Numbered from the stretch's first letter, positions 10,540 through 21,224 are shown. The stretch is DNA of 64,000 nt from Candidatus Poribacteria bacterium (GCA_965218095.1 OZ244587.1:5792001-5856000); one strand, 5' to 3'. A program made the numbers and translations. The notes: a model not told the origin generated them from the letters alone.

Positions 10540-12002
10540 ATGCAAGAAAGCGTCATCCATCATAAAAAATACGGGTAAGGCGTCGTCAAAGGCACGTGCT
10601 TCAAAGGCTTCCAACTACAGGTGGCATTCGACACCGGACTGACGCGATGGGTGCGGCTGGATGAATTGACGGACACAACAGAAACGCCTCCGCCGAGTCC
10701 TCCGATGCCTGGCATCGGCGTTCCCCCAAACATTGAACGCTTCAAATCCCGACGTATGGTTGAAGCCTTTCGACTCGGCATTGTCCCCTACGATTGCGTC
10801 AGTGATTTCATTTTCGGACGCGCAGAAGAAATCCAGATTTTAACAGACTGGCTGGACCAACCCGACAGCAATGCAATGCTTACAGTGGGGGAGTATGGAA
10901 CAGGCAAAACGCATCTCCTTCACTATGCCTATGTCTGAGCGTTACAGGAAGGCTTCGCCGTTGTTTTAGTCGAGATGGATGGAAACGAATGCCCCTTTCA
11001 TAAACCCAAGCAGGTCTACAGCTACCTAGTCTGAACGCTTCAATTCCGTTCCGCAAAACATGGGAAGACACGGCTTGCCGGGTTTCGGGATGTACTCAAG
11101 GAGGCATTCGCTTGTTCCGCTTTCGAGGAGCATGTTTACTTCAAATGGCTAATCGATAAGACATTGGATGAGACGTTATGGGATTGGATCGAAGCGCGTG
11201 ATTACAGTCTCCGACCGCCGAATCTCTACCAGCAGACCAAAATGAGGGCCATCCGACGTGATTTTGACGCGGTTGAGCGGAATTTCCAACAGATGGAGGA
11301 GATCTTAAAGGAGATCCAACAGCTTGTTGATGGGGGTGATCTGAAGTTACCGGGAATTTACGCCAGATTGCCGGGATTGTATCCATATTATAAGGCAGCG
11401 AGTATCTACTGTTACCTTCTTTCCGCGCTCGGTTGGGCAGCGAAAGAGATTTTGGGACTCAAGGGGTTTCTGTTAATCTTCGACGAAGCGGAAACGGTCG
11501 ACAGATACGACAACCTTTATCAGGTGGACAAGAGCCAGAACTTCCTCAAGGCACTGATTCGCACAGCAAATAACGATGCGCATCTGTCCGGCCCACCCAG
11601 GGAGGCGGGACTGGACTACTGCCGCGTGGGTATTGCCCATCCATTCTGTTCCTCTATAAGCAGCTGTCCGGACTGAAGCTGCTTTTCGCTTTGACACCGA
11701 TTGACAGGCTCAAGGGGTTTCCAGAATTGCAACAGGCTGAACGAATTGATTTACAGCCGTTAACAGAATCGGTAAAACAAGCGCTCTTCCAGAATATCTT
11801 TCTCCTTTACAAGCGGTCGTATGACGGTCTCAAAGCAGATCTCCCTCTTGACATGATAGGAGCGGTTTTCCAACAAGTAACGCGCAGAAGTGAACTGACA
11901 CGGCTGTTCGTCAAAGGTTCTGTTGAAGTGTTAGACTTGATTCGGCGTGCACAGGGGCGCAGTCTGAGTTTCACCGAGGTACTGGGTGAGGTTTTTGAAT
12001 GA
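10540..12002 (+). pseudogene. DUF2791/BrxD-like P-loop ATPase 2 with an N-terminal Tudor/SH3-like segment, disrupted
   Basis: VEAFRLGIVP, FGRAEE, Walker A GEYGTGKTHLL, PFHKPKQVY, Walker B IFDEAE. In-frame stops at 10576, 10936 and 11032; frameshift near 11640. Confidence 0.75.
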
Positions 12003-13582
12003 TTGATGTCACAAAAGTTGAGGCGATTCATCGCCGATTGAAACGGGCCTGGATGCCGTTCTTCACTCGGTTCGGTCAGCTCACGCTGGTCCAGATCGAA
12101 ACGATTCCGAAGATTCTGGATGGCGCTAATGTCGTTGTGGCTTCACCGACAGCTTCAGGTAAGACAGAATCCGTCATCGCTCCCGTTTCGGAACACTTTC
12201 TTGCAGAATGTTGGGAGGGTATGGCGATTTTGTATGTCGTTCCAACTCGCGCCCTTGCCAACGATACGTTGGCGCGCATTGAAGGCCCGCTTGGGGACAT
12301 GGGACTGACAGCGGCGCTCAAGCACGGCGATAACCCTTCGCTGCCAGCAGATAGCCTGCCCAATTGTCTGATTACTACGCCCGAATCTTTAGACTCGCTG
12401 ATCTGTCGTTGCCCGCAAGCGTTTGCAACCTTGCAGACTGCCATCCTGGATGAGATTCATCTACTGGATAACACCTGCTGCGGCGACCACCTGCGGCTAC
12501 TCTTATGGCGGTTGCGCAAGTTGGTATCCGACCGATCTGACCGTCAGGAAGGTCACAGTTTCTCCACCGATCTCCTGTCGGCGACCCTTTCTGCGCCTCA
12601 CCAAATCGCCCGAAGGTATACAACCGACTTTGAGGTCGTGACGGTGGCCAGCAGCCGGGAAATCGATTATTACCTGATTGATTCTCACCAGGGAGCTTAT
12701 GATTTGGCGCGAGCGCGGGGGTGGCGGAAACTACTCATCTTTTGCAATCTGCGTGAGTCTGTTGAACAGGTTGCGGCTGATCTTGCCCCATTGTGGACCC
12801 CCTATCCTGTCATGGTTCATCATGGCAGCCTCAACCGTCGCGTGCGTGAAGAAGCTGAGACCGTCATGAAGGAAGCAGATATCGCGGTCTGTGTGGCAAC
12901 ATCCACGCTGGAAATCGGCATCGATATTGGTGATGTAGACCTCATTGTGCTCGCCGAAGCGCCCTGGAGTATCTCTGCGCTGCTTCAACACATTGGGCGG
13001 GGTAACCGCAGAGCGGGGCGCATTCATGCCGCGGCGGTAGCAACCACTGAGGAGGAGGAAGCGCTGCTTTCAGCGATGTTCAAGATGGCCGCGACAGGCA
13101 TGCTTCCAGCCGAGTCCTATGCGCCGGACCCTTCTGTTGCGGTTCAGCAGATCTGCTCGTATCTGTATCAACACCCCCAGGGGGCGTCAGAAGCAGAACT
13201 ACTTGAGCTCGTTTCTCCCCTGTGTTTAGCGAACGAATCCAGGCGGATTTGGGGGCACTTGCAACAACGCGGTTTTCTTGAGTGGTACACAGGACGTGGG
13301 TTCGCTTCTCCAAGGTTGATGGGTATGGGGGCAAAGGGGTACATTCCCGATGCACAAACCTGCAGTGTCATAGACGTTGATTCAGGCGGGGAAATCGGAA
13401 CCATCTCCGGCGTGTTTGATAACGTGTTTATTCTGGGCCAAAGAAGCTGGCAGATTGTCTCTCAGAAAGCGGGCATTATCAAGACCCGCCGCTTTCATGG
13501 GGAGGCAGAAACCCCTTTTTTTGAAAGACACAAGGGAATTGGCGCTTTCCACCATCTTTTGCCATCAAATTTGAAAAGGTAA
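11999..13582 (+). CDS. Short Lhr-like SF2 (DEXH) helicase, BrxHI/SngC-like, with degenerate motifs
   Basis: SPTASGKTE, PTRALAND, TTPESLD, DEIH, LSAT, HHGSL, ATSTLEIGIDIGDVD, motif VI QHIGRGNR (R>H). ATGA overlap with the upstream gene. Confidence 0.8.
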   Translation: MIDVTKVEAIHRRLKRAWMPFFTRFGQLTLVQIETIPKILDGANVVVASPTASGKTESVIAPVSEHFLAECWEGMAILYVVPTRALANDTLARIEGPLGDMGLTAALKHGDNPSLPADSLPNCLITTPESLDSLICRCPQAFATLQTAILDEIHLLDNTCCGDHLRLLLWRLRKLVSDRSDRQEGHSFSTDLLSATLSAPHQIARRYTTDFEVVTVASSREIDYYLIDSHQGAYDLARARGWRKLLIFCNLRESVEQVAADLAPLWTPYPVMVHHGSLNRRVREEAETVMKEADIAVCVATSTLEIGIDIGDVDLIVLAEAPWSISALLQHIGRGNRRAGRIHAAAVATTEEEEALLSAMFKMAATGMLPAESYAPDPSVAVQQICSYLYQHPQGASEAELLELVSPLCLANESRRIWGHLQQRGFLEWYTGRGFASPRLMGMGAKGYIPDAQTCSVIDVDSGGEIGTISGVFDNVFILGQRSWQIVSQKAGIIKTRRFHGEAETPFFERHKGIGAFHHLLPSNLKR

Positions 13583-13841
13583 CGTAAGCACCGTAATTGC
13601 CACGTTCCGTCCGGCCCGCCAAAGATGGCGATGATGGGGTTCTCTAGATCACATTGTGTCGAATTCTAAATTGAAAAGTTGCACACGTCTTTTATCCGCC
13701 CTCCAACTTTCTGATTTCTCCAATCACGACAATTTCCCTGTTCCCCGTTTTTTCATTGAATTATGCTTGAAAATATGGTATAAGTAAAATGAATGATTAC
13801 AATAGCTATTATCATCAAATGTGATGTGTAAAGGGAAAGTC

Positions 13842-14747
13842 GTGAATCTACACCAATTGGAGATTTTTCTCGCGGTTGCCAGGTGCCGGCATTTCTCAAA
13901 GGCGGCGACAGAATTGGATCTGACGCAATCCGCTGTATCAATGCAGATCAAGCAGTTGGAGCAGGAGCTGGGAGTGCCTCTGTTTGATCGGTTGGGAAAG
14001 ACGACACATTTAACGACATCCGGAATGCTTTTGGAGCAGCACGCGTCCCGGATTCTTGGGGCGGTGCGGGAGGTTTACCAATCGATTGAAGAGTTGAAGG
14101 GATTGGAGCGTGGGAGTGTCGCATTGGGCGCAAGCACGACGCCCGGCATTTACATTTTGCCTGCGATTTTGGGAATGTACAAGCCTCGGTATCCGCAGGT
14201 AAAACTGGACTACCAGATTGCCGACACACAGCAGATCGAGCAAATGGTGCTTCTCAATCAACTGGACTTCGGTGTGGTGGGTGGGCACCTCGTCGAGCAG
14301 GATCTGTGGATTGAGCCTTATTTGACCGACGAACTCATCCTGGTGGTCGGCGTGGATCACCCCTTCGCAAAAAGGGGAAATGTCGCGCTAGAAATGTTGC
14401 AAAGTGTGTCTTTCATTCTGCGACAAAAGGGATCTGCGACCCGTAAAGTCATTGACGAGGCGTTTGAAAAGCGAGGATTAAAACTCAACGTGACCATGGC
14501 GTTGCGCGATCCGGAATCTGTGAAACGGATGGCAATCGCCGGGCTTGGCGCAACGATTATCAGCAAATATGCCGTGCAACGCGAGATAGAGGCAGGGAGT
14601 TTAGTCTATGTACCCGTGCAAGGACTGCCGTTCACCCGACAATTGGTAGTTGTTTCTCACCGTGACAAGCGGTTTTCCGTGGCGGCGCAAGCGTTGTTGC
14701 AATTGTTACGCGATTCGAGGGCGCACGAACAGCCGAATTCAACGTAA
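13842..14747 (+). CDS. LysR-family transcriptional regulator (CysL-like)
   Basis: NLHQLEIF...FSKAA..L.LTQSAVSMQIKQLEQELGVPLFDR, GASTTPG and GSATR. AT-rich upstream region contains an ATGAT-N13-ATCAT dyad. Confidence 0.9.
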   Translation: MNLHQLEIFLAVARCRHFSKAATELDLTQSAVSMQIKQLEQELGVPLFDRLGKTTHLTTSGMLLEQHASRILGAVREVYQSIEELKGLERGSVALGASTTPGIYILPAILGMYKPRYPQVKLDYQIADTQQIEQMVLLNQLDFGVVGGHLVEQDLWIEPYLTDELILVVGVDHPFAKRGNVALEMLQSVSFILRQKGSATRKVIDEAFEKRGLKLNVTMALRDPESVKRMAIAGLGATIISKYAVQREIEAGSLVYVPVQGLPFTRQLVVVSHRDKRFSVAAQALLQLLRDSRAHEQPNST

Positions 14748-14823
14748 AACGTGTGATGTCCCCATTAATCCAGGGTTTTCGCGTCGCGCATCATTGTGAA
14801 TGAACATGGTAATTGACGCGTGT

Positions 14824-16008
14824 CTACGCCTCCGAGCAGAGAACCAGGGCACCTGTATAGGCATGGACGAAATTTCGATTGCCAATGGGGGCAAACTCGG
14901 CATTTCCAAAGAAACCAATAATTGGCAAATCTGGGAATTTTTCCTTAATGATCTGAATATCGTGGTTTTCTTCGCCATATAGCCCTCTGCCCCTTCCCAA
15001 GCAGTTAAAGTAAAGCCCGAAGGCGGGTGGATGCGCCTGTGCCCTTTCATGCAGCCGATTCATGATTGCCTGAATATCTTCTTCAGCCGCAAAGGGATTC
15101 CGCAGGTGAAACTGTACAATTTGTCTTTCTTCAACTTTCTCGGCAACTCCGATTGCCGAACCCTGCGGATCAATGCCAGTGAGGTTACGGATCAGATAGT
15201 CACCAGGCTTCGGAGATCGATTGGAGGCATCCATTGCGATACCAAGGAAAACCATTCTGCCAGAGCGCTGAATATCTTCCTCAGTCAATAATTGTATAGA
15301 ATCCCGCAAAACCTCTACAGCAGGCCTTCCATCCAATTCAAAGATTAGATTGTCCTCCGCGCGCGTGATTTCAAGTGGATGTCCAATAGGTTGACAGCCT
15401 TGCGCGACGCCGATCTCGGTGTGGAAGGAACCTGTCAATAACACACCCGCAACACTCGCTTCTGCAATATCTTTCCCGCACCATTGGTACATTTGCCCGC
15501 TCACCGGATCGCCGGAAGCCGCGGCGCCGACAATGGGGAGTTTACCTCCATCTTCACCGATCTGTTGGATAAGTTGGGCGGGCAGGATACATCGCACATC
15601 AGGCAAGACCACCAGGAGCGAATTCTCACGCAGTTCAGGCTGTATACGATTGCGTATGGATGTACCAACAGAGGGTCCATCACCTTCCGAAATGCAGAAG
15701 GGAAGGGCAGACAACTGATCTGAACGCAGCACAAGGACAGCAACGCCTGATTTTCCTTCAAACTCTCCGTCCGAAGTGAGGACGCTCATTCCACTACAGC
15801 CGATTAGGTGATCGCAGCCCGAGATCTCCCGCACCCCCTCGAAGAGTCGCTCGTACTCTCCTTGATAGTCAACTGTTGCGAAAACAAACGCAAGATCTGC
15901 CTTTGCCAATTTCGCTTTACTCATCGCCATTGTGGTTGCCTGTTTAACCGCTTCAGGTGTCAAAGTACTCAGACTATGACCAACGCCAGCACGAATCATC
16001 AATCTCAC
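14824..16008 (-). CDS. FIST N/C-domain protein
   Basis: LIGCSG, IVGAAASG, VAQGCQPIG, IFELDGRPA, YFNCLGRG, GFFGNAEFAP, HAYTG. Confidence 0.85.
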   Translation of the reverse strand: MRLMIRAGVGHSLSTLTPEAVKQATTMAMSKAKLAKADLAFVFATVDYQGEYERLFEGVREISGCDHLIGCSGMSVLTSDGEFEGKSGVAVLVLRSDQLSALPFCISEGDGPSVGTSIRNRIQPELRENSLLVVLPDVRCILPAQLIQQIGEDGGKLPIVGAAASGDPVSGQMYQWCGKDIAEASVAGVLLTGSFHTEIGVAQGCQPIGHPLEITRAEDNLIFELDGRPAVEVLRDSIQLLTEEDIQRSGRMVFLGIAMDASNRSPKPGDYLIRNLTGIDPQGSAIGVAEKVEERQIVQFHLRNPFAAEEDIQAIMNRLHERAQAHPPAFGLYFNCLGRGRGLYGEENHDIQIIKEKFPDLPIIGFFGNAEFAPIGNRNFVHAYTGALVLCSEA

Positions 16009-16110
16009 CTAATCTTTCTCTACTTCATAACTTTTGTTTTTTCTCTCTGGATTCGACTGACTATTATACACCCACCGGCGTTTTTTGTAAAGTTCTATTC
16101 GCAAGAGGCA

Positions 16111-17367
16111 TCACGCATTATGTTCCGTGATGACGAATTCCATCCGGCGATGTGCTTCCCGTAGAGCCATCTCCACACTTTCGGGTGTTCCACTCCTTGC
16201 TAGGATGAATCCGAGGTATCTGCCCCCCTCTGGCAAAGGGATAACCTCCTGCCCAAGCGGTATGCTGATGGCGATCTCCTCGATTCCAGCGACCTGTTCT
16301 GCTTCTGCTTTGCCTCGCACCTCGCGTAGAATTCCTGCACGAGGGATGGGAATCATCATCACGCCAGCCGGTTGTCGTTCCCGCTGCAACGATTCGATCT
16401 CTATCCCGATGGCGTGCCGAATGATAAGCTCCTCCAGCGAGATTCCTGTGCTGAAGCGCAACGTCCGCGCGCAAAGCCCACCAATCGATCGCCCGGCAAT
16501 CTCGATAATCCAAACCCCTTTATCGTTGACCCGAAGTTCAGCGTGGACGGGTCCTTCCCGCAAGCCGAGCGCTTCTGCCGTTTGTACCGTACAGGATGCA
16601 ATCTCGTCCTGGACGCTGGTCGGCAATCGCGATGGTGTGACATAGAGCGTTTCCTCGAAAAAGGGACCATCTAGCGGATCTGGTTTATCGAAGATGGCGA
16701 GGACCTTGAGTTGCCCTCGCAAAAGGATTCCCTCAAGGGCAACTTCTCTCCCCGGTATAAAGCTTTCAACAAGAATCTGCTGCGCCTCCGTACTCCCTTG
16801 AGCCGCGACATCGGGTGAACGTAAGATTGCAACCACCCGCTGAAATGCTTCCACAAACTCATCCGGATCGTTCGCACGGATGACGCCGCGACTCGCCGAA
16901 AGGGAAAGGGGCTTGAGGACACACGGAAAATCCACGCGGCGGGCGATTTCCGCCGGTTCATCGTCGATTGAAACAGGGTCGAAGCGCGGTGAGGAAATAC
17001 CCCCCTCCGTGAGGATTTTCCGCATCTGATACTTGCTTCGTGTGGCGTAAGCGGATGCTACGGAGTTATGTGGTAAGGAGAATGCCTTCGACGCCATTGC
17101 TGTAAGAATCGTCGTGTCGTCATCGACGCCCACAATCGCGTCGATCGGATGGGTTTTAGCAAACACCACGATCTCCTGCACTGCCTTTTCCGGCTTGTTA
17201 AAGTTGATGACGAAGGACTTTCGGGGCGAAAATTCCGACAACGTTTGTGGCTGATCTGATCCGAGCACGACCTCCACGTCTAACTGTGATGCTGCTGCTA
17301 GAAAATCAGTTGCCCTATACGTCTTTGTAGGCAAGAGAAGGAGAATACGTTTCTTTTCCGGATTCAT
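16111..17367 (-). CDS. ATP-grasp domain protein (substrate unknown)
   Basis: TRSKYQMR, FPCVLKPLSLSASRGVIRA, VESFIPGREVALEG, GPVHAELR, IEIAGRSIGG. Confidence 0.85.
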   Translation of the reverse strand: MNPEKKRILLLLPTKTYRATDFLAAASQLDVEVVLGSDQPQTLSEFSPRKSFVINFNKPEKAVQEIVVFAKTHPIDAIVGVDDDTTILTAMASKAFSLPHNSVASAYATRSKYQMRKILTEGGISSPRFDPVSIDDEPAEIARRVDFPCVLKPLSLSASRGVIRANDPDEFVEAFQRVVAILRSPDVAAQGSTEAQQILVESFIPGREVALEGILLRGQLKVLAIFDKPDPLDGPFFEETLYVTPSRLPTSVQDEIASCTVQTAEALGLREGPVHAELRVNDKGVWIIEIAGRSIGGLCARTLRFSTGISLEELIIRHAIGIEIESLQRERQPAGVMMIPIPRAGILREVRGKAEAEQVAGIEEIAISIPLGQEVIPLPEGGRYLGFILARSGTPESVEMALREAHRRMEFVITEHNA

Positions 17368-17708
17368 GAGATTTTCTCCATTTGAGGCAGGCTATGTATC
17401 TTTGTTATACTCATGAAAGCTGTGACTTGACGTTTCAGACTACTCAGTCCAACTTGGAAGGAAAGGATGGAAGGAAGATTTCATCCCTTTCTTCCGAGTC
17501 ACAATGGATCTGAATTAGGAAAATCACAACTTATGACCTGTGTTATATTATACACTGTATCCTTCTGATTTTAGAAATAAATAACAGATGGCAAACAATC
17601 AGAACCCTAAACCTCACCTACCCTTCTGCGTCTAATGAGGCGATTTCACAGGCGTTAAGCTACATATTTATCGTCAGATGTCATAGGAGTATAGAAAGGG
17701 TTGCCAAA

Positions 17709-19454
17709 ATGCGCAATGCACCGGATAAATCGTTAATACAGGTGATGCTCGATTCAAAGCTGATTTCCGAAGATGAGCATCGACAGGTTCTCGAAGAGGT
17801 AGAAAAAACAAGGGTTTTGATTGACCAGGCGCTCTCAAAGTTTGCAAACCCCAAAACCCTTGATCTTGCTAAGAAGAGCGTGGAGTATAGCGTTTCGTGC
17901 GTCCTGCTGGAGGATATCATTCCAGACAATGAAGCAACTGAGAGGGTCTCAGCGAGTTTTGCCTACCGAAACAAGGTGTTGCCGATTCGTTTCGATGGCT
18001 CAACGCTTACGGTTGCAATAGCGGATGCGCTGGATGTCATGCTAATCGACGAAATGCGGTTGGTCACGGAATGTGAAATCGATCCGGTGCTTGCGGACGA
18101 AGAAGATATTGAAGCGGCGATTATTCGCTCCTACGGGAAAACAGCCGCCGCCATCCTCAACGAAAGTATCAAGGGCCCTGTCGGGGCTGTCGCCACGCTT
18201 GAGCGCGAGACGATTGATGATTTCGGTATCAGTGAACAGGACTTGAGCCGAGATCCAACGGTTGTGAACGCCGTGGATCAGATCATTATCGACGCGGTGC
18301 GACTTGGCGCGAGCGACATCCATATCGAACCCTTTCCCAATGAGCTAAAAATCCGTTATCGGATTGATGGGGTGTTAGAGGAACAGCCACAACCACCTCC
18401 CCATCTCCAGTCAGCAATGACTTCTCGCGTTAAGATCATGGCGAACATGAATGTTGCTGAACGGCGTCGTCCTCAGGATGGTAAGATTGGCGTCACTGTT
18501 CAGAGTGCTGGGAATCGACAAATCGACCTGCGTGTTTCGACTGTCCCGACAGTACATGGTGAAACCCTCGTCCTCCGAATTCTTGATAGACAATCCATCT
18601 CATTCGGCTTAGAACAGCTTGGCTTGATGGCGGACAATCTGAATCAGTTTAATCGAATGATCCAGAAACCACATGGAATCATTTTAGCCACGGGTCCAAC
18701 GGGAAGCGGGAAAACCACAACGCTCTATGCGTGCCTGAAAGAGATTAACACGCCGGAGGTTAAAATCATCACAATCGAAGATCCGGTTGAGTATGAGCTC
18801 GAAGGCATTAACCAGATTCAAGTGAATCCAGATATCGATGTGACGTTTGCTGCGGGATTGAGGCATATCCTCCGACAAGATCCGGATAAAGTGCTGGTCG
18901 GTGAGGTTCGAGACTACGAGACCGCGGAAATGGCCATCCATACCTCTTTGACTGGCCACCTTGTTTTTAGTTCACTGCACACAAATGATGCACCGAGCGC
19001 AATTACCCGCTTGGTGGATATGGGGGTCGAACCGTACTTAGTTGCGTCAACGCTGGAAGGCATTATCACGCAGCGCCTTGGGCGCCGTGTTTGTCCGCAT
19101 TGCCACGAAATGTATCACCCAGAACCGGAGTGTATCCAAGACCTGCTTGGGGACAAAGCTGGAGAGGTCCCGCCCGATCTGCTTATCCCTCGTGCCGTTG
19201 GCTGCAAGGAGTGCCGAGATCGGGGATATAGAGGCCGGATTGGACTCTTTGAAGTCATCCTGATGAGCGAGGAATTGCGGGAAATGACCATTCAGAGCGC
19301 GTCTGCAAGCCAGCTAAAGCGGGTTGCGATGCGATTAGGGATGAAGACGCTGCGTGAGGATGGCTGGAGAAAGGTTGTCGCCGGCTACACCACCATTGAT
19401 GAAGTGGTGCGACTCACACAGGAGGACGAATTCGATATCGGTGAAGTGATATAA
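17709..19454 (+). CDS. gspE: Type II secretion/pilus assembly ATPase GspE
   Basis: ASDIHIEP, PQDG, GPTGSGKTTTLY, TIEDPVE, LRQDPD, TGHLVFSSLHTN, CxxC...CxxC. Confidence 0.92.
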   Translation: MRNAPDKSLIQVMLDSKLISEDEHRQVLEEVEKTRVLIDQALSKFANPKTLDLAKKSVEYSVSCVLLEDIIPDNEATERVSASFAYRNKVLPIRFDGSTLTVAIADALDVMLIDEMRLVTECEIDPVLADEEDIEAAIIRSYGKTAAAILNESIKGPVGAVATLERETIDDFGISEQDLSRDPTVVNAVDQIIIDAVRLGASDIHIEPFPNELKIRYRIDGVLEEQPQPPPHLQSAMTSRVKIMANMNVAERRRPQDGKIGVTVQSAGNRQIDLRVSTVPTVHGETLVLRILDRQSISFGLEQLGLMADNLNQFNRMIQKPHGIILATGPTGSGKTTTLYACLKEINTPEVKIITIEDPVEYELEGINQIQVNPDIDVTFAAGLRHILRQDPDKVLVGEVRDYETAEMAIHTSLTGHLVFSSLHTNDAPSAITRLVDMGVEPYLVASTLEGIITQRLGRRVCPHCHEMYHPEPECIQDLLGDKAGEVPPDLLIPRAVGCKECRDRGYRGRIGLFEVILMSEELREMTIQSASASQLKRVAMRLGMKTLREDGWRKVVAGYTTIDEVVRLTQEDEFDIGEVI

Positions 19455-19456
19455 CC

Positions 19457-19488
19457 TAGCAAAGGTTTGAACCCTTCGCTAGGCTTAC
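19457..19488. repeat. REP-like imperfect palindrome between gspE and gspF
   Basis: CCTAGCAAAGGTT-TG-AACCCTTCGCTAGG forms a hairpin. Confidence 0.45.
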
Positions 19489-19509
19489 GCCTTACGGTAG
19501 GAGTATTTG

Positions 19510-20733
19510 ATGCCAAGATTTCGTTACGAAGCGCTCACAAACACCGGGACAACGGTCAGCAACGCACAAGAAGCGAACACAAAGGCTGAACTTGTGTCTA
19601 AACTCAAGAGCATGGGGTATTGGCCCACGAGTATCGTTGAGGAGAGTACCGAAGCCCAAGCTCAAAAAAAGCTTCAACTTCCATTCCTTTGCACTCGAAT
19701 CAAGCCGACTGAAGTCGAGTTTTTCACGTATCAGATGGCAACACTAATCAGTGCCCACGTTTCTTTGTCCCGCGCTTTGGGAATTACCCTCGAACAGATC
19801 GCGAACGTTGAACTCAGACGGATCGTCGAACAGGTCAAGTCCGATGTTGAGCACGGTTCCACATTTAACGACGCACTCGCTCAACATCCGAAGGTGTTTT
19901 CAGACCTGTACGTCAATATGGTGAGAGCGGGTGAGGCAGGCGGCGTACTCGGTGTTGTATTGGATCGCCTTGCCGAGTTTGCTGAGAGACAGCGGCTTCT
20001 TAAAACCGAGGTGACCTCGGCGCTGTTTTATCCCGCGATTCTGCTGGGTTTAAGCGTCATCGCTGTGACAATTTTAATGACTTTTGTTATCCCCAAGCTC
20101 ACTGGTATGTTCGCTGAACTGGATGTTGAATTGCCTACTCCGACGCGATTTCTAATCAGTGTTACTGATTTTCTGAGTGCTTACTGGTGGGTGATTTTAA
20201 TTGGGGGCATCGGCGGTGTATTTGGAGCTAGGCAATATGTACGCACAGAGACTGGGCATTTTACCTATGATAGACTGAAAATTAAGTTCCCTGCCATCGG
20301 AGTAATCTTTAGTAACTTCGCACTAGTCCGTTTTACCCGAACAATGGGAACGTTACTCGAAAATGGCGTTGTTCTTCTGCCAGCGCTTCGCGTTGTCAAG
20401 GATACAATTGGTAACTTAGTCTACCGCAATGCTGTCGCAAATGCTGAACAAGAGATCGAGCGAGGGGCAACTTTATCGCGGGAGTTGGAAGGCAGCGGGG
20501 TCTTTCCACCCCTGCTGACCCAGATGCTCGCGATTGGTGAAGAATCCGGCAACCCTGAACAGATGTTGGCGAAATTGTCGGAGTATTACGATATGGAAAT
20601 CAAGAAAAACCTCGAACGGCTAACGAATTCGATTGGACCGTTGGTGATTCTATTTATGGGGTTGCTGATCGGGTTCATTGCGGTCGCGATGATACTGCCA
20701 ATTTTTGAAGCTAGTACAGCGTTAGGTAGATAG
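19510..20733 (+). CDS. gspF: T2SS inner-membrane platform protein GspF
   Basis: FRYEAL, HPKVFSDLYVNMVRAGEAGG, YP, RFTRTMGTLLENGV, IGEESG, LPIF. Confidence 0.92.
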   Translation: MPRFRYEALTNTGTTVSNAQEANTKAELVSKLKSMGYWPTSIVEESTEAQAQKKLQLPFLCTRIKPTEVEFFTYQMATLISAHVSLSRALGITLEQIANVELRRIVEQVKSDVEHGSTFNDALAQHPKVFSDLYVNMVRAGEAGGVLGVVLDRLAEFAERQRLLKTEVTSALFYPAILLGLSVIAVTILMTFVIPKLTGMFAELDVELPTPTRFLISVTDFLSAYWWVILIGGIGGVFGARQYVRTETGHFTYDRLKIKFPAIGVIFSNFALVRFTRTMGTLLENGVVLLPALRVVKDTIGNLVYRNAVANAEQEIERGATLSRELEGSGVFPPLLTQMLAIGEESGNPEQMLAKLSEYYDMEIKKNLERLTNSIGPLVILFMGLLIGFIAVAMILPIFEASTALGR

Positions 20734-20777
20734 TAAACACGGTCTAATACCATGACTTTACGACAGGAGGCTACAAA

Positions 20778-21224
20778 ATGGTGAAACGATTCAAAGCGGA
20801 TGAATCAGGGATGACACTCATCGAAATTACGATTGTCATCGTCATTCTCGGTTTGCTGGCGAGTTTTATTGCACCTAAAGTGGTGAATGCTATCGATAAA
20901 GCGAAGGTTGCAAAAGCCAAACAAGAAATTGGATCCTTGGAAAACGCGCTCCAGCTATACTCAATCTCCATCGGGGACTATCCGAGCACGGAGCAAGGTT
21001 TACAAGCACTTTGGAGACCTCCCAACCCGGAACCTGAAAATTGGGAGGGTGCTTATATTAACAAGCCAACCTTCAGAGATCCGTGGGGTAACGATTATGT
21101 CTACAGGTACCCCGGCAATCACGAGGGTTACGATTACGATCTCTACTCTTTTGGGAAAGATGGCAAAGAAGGCGGCGAAAACTTCAACACCGATCTCACA
21201 AGCTGGGTTGAGGAAACAGAGTAG
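20778..21224 (+). CDS. gspG: Major pseudopilin GspG
   Basis: G|MTLIEI class III signal, YPSTEQGLQAL, DPWGNDYVY, LYSFGKDGKEGG. Confidence 0.92.
   Translation: MVKRFKADESGMTLIEITIVIVILGLLASFIAPKVVNAIDKAKVAKAKQEIGSLENALQLYSISIGDYPSTEQGLQALWRPPNPEPENWEGAYINKPTFRDPWGNDYVYRYPGNHEGYDYDLYSFGKDGKEGGENFNTDLTSWVEETE

Noticed and set aside
8427-13582. Complete BREX or canonical Shango system
   Set aside because: No PglX, PglZ or BrxC is present, no TerB domain is recognisable, and there are two ATPases instead of one.
17560-17700. c-di-GMP riboswitch upstream of gspE (GGCAAAC)
   Set aside because: No GNRA tetraloop/receptor stems or downstream consensus could be found.
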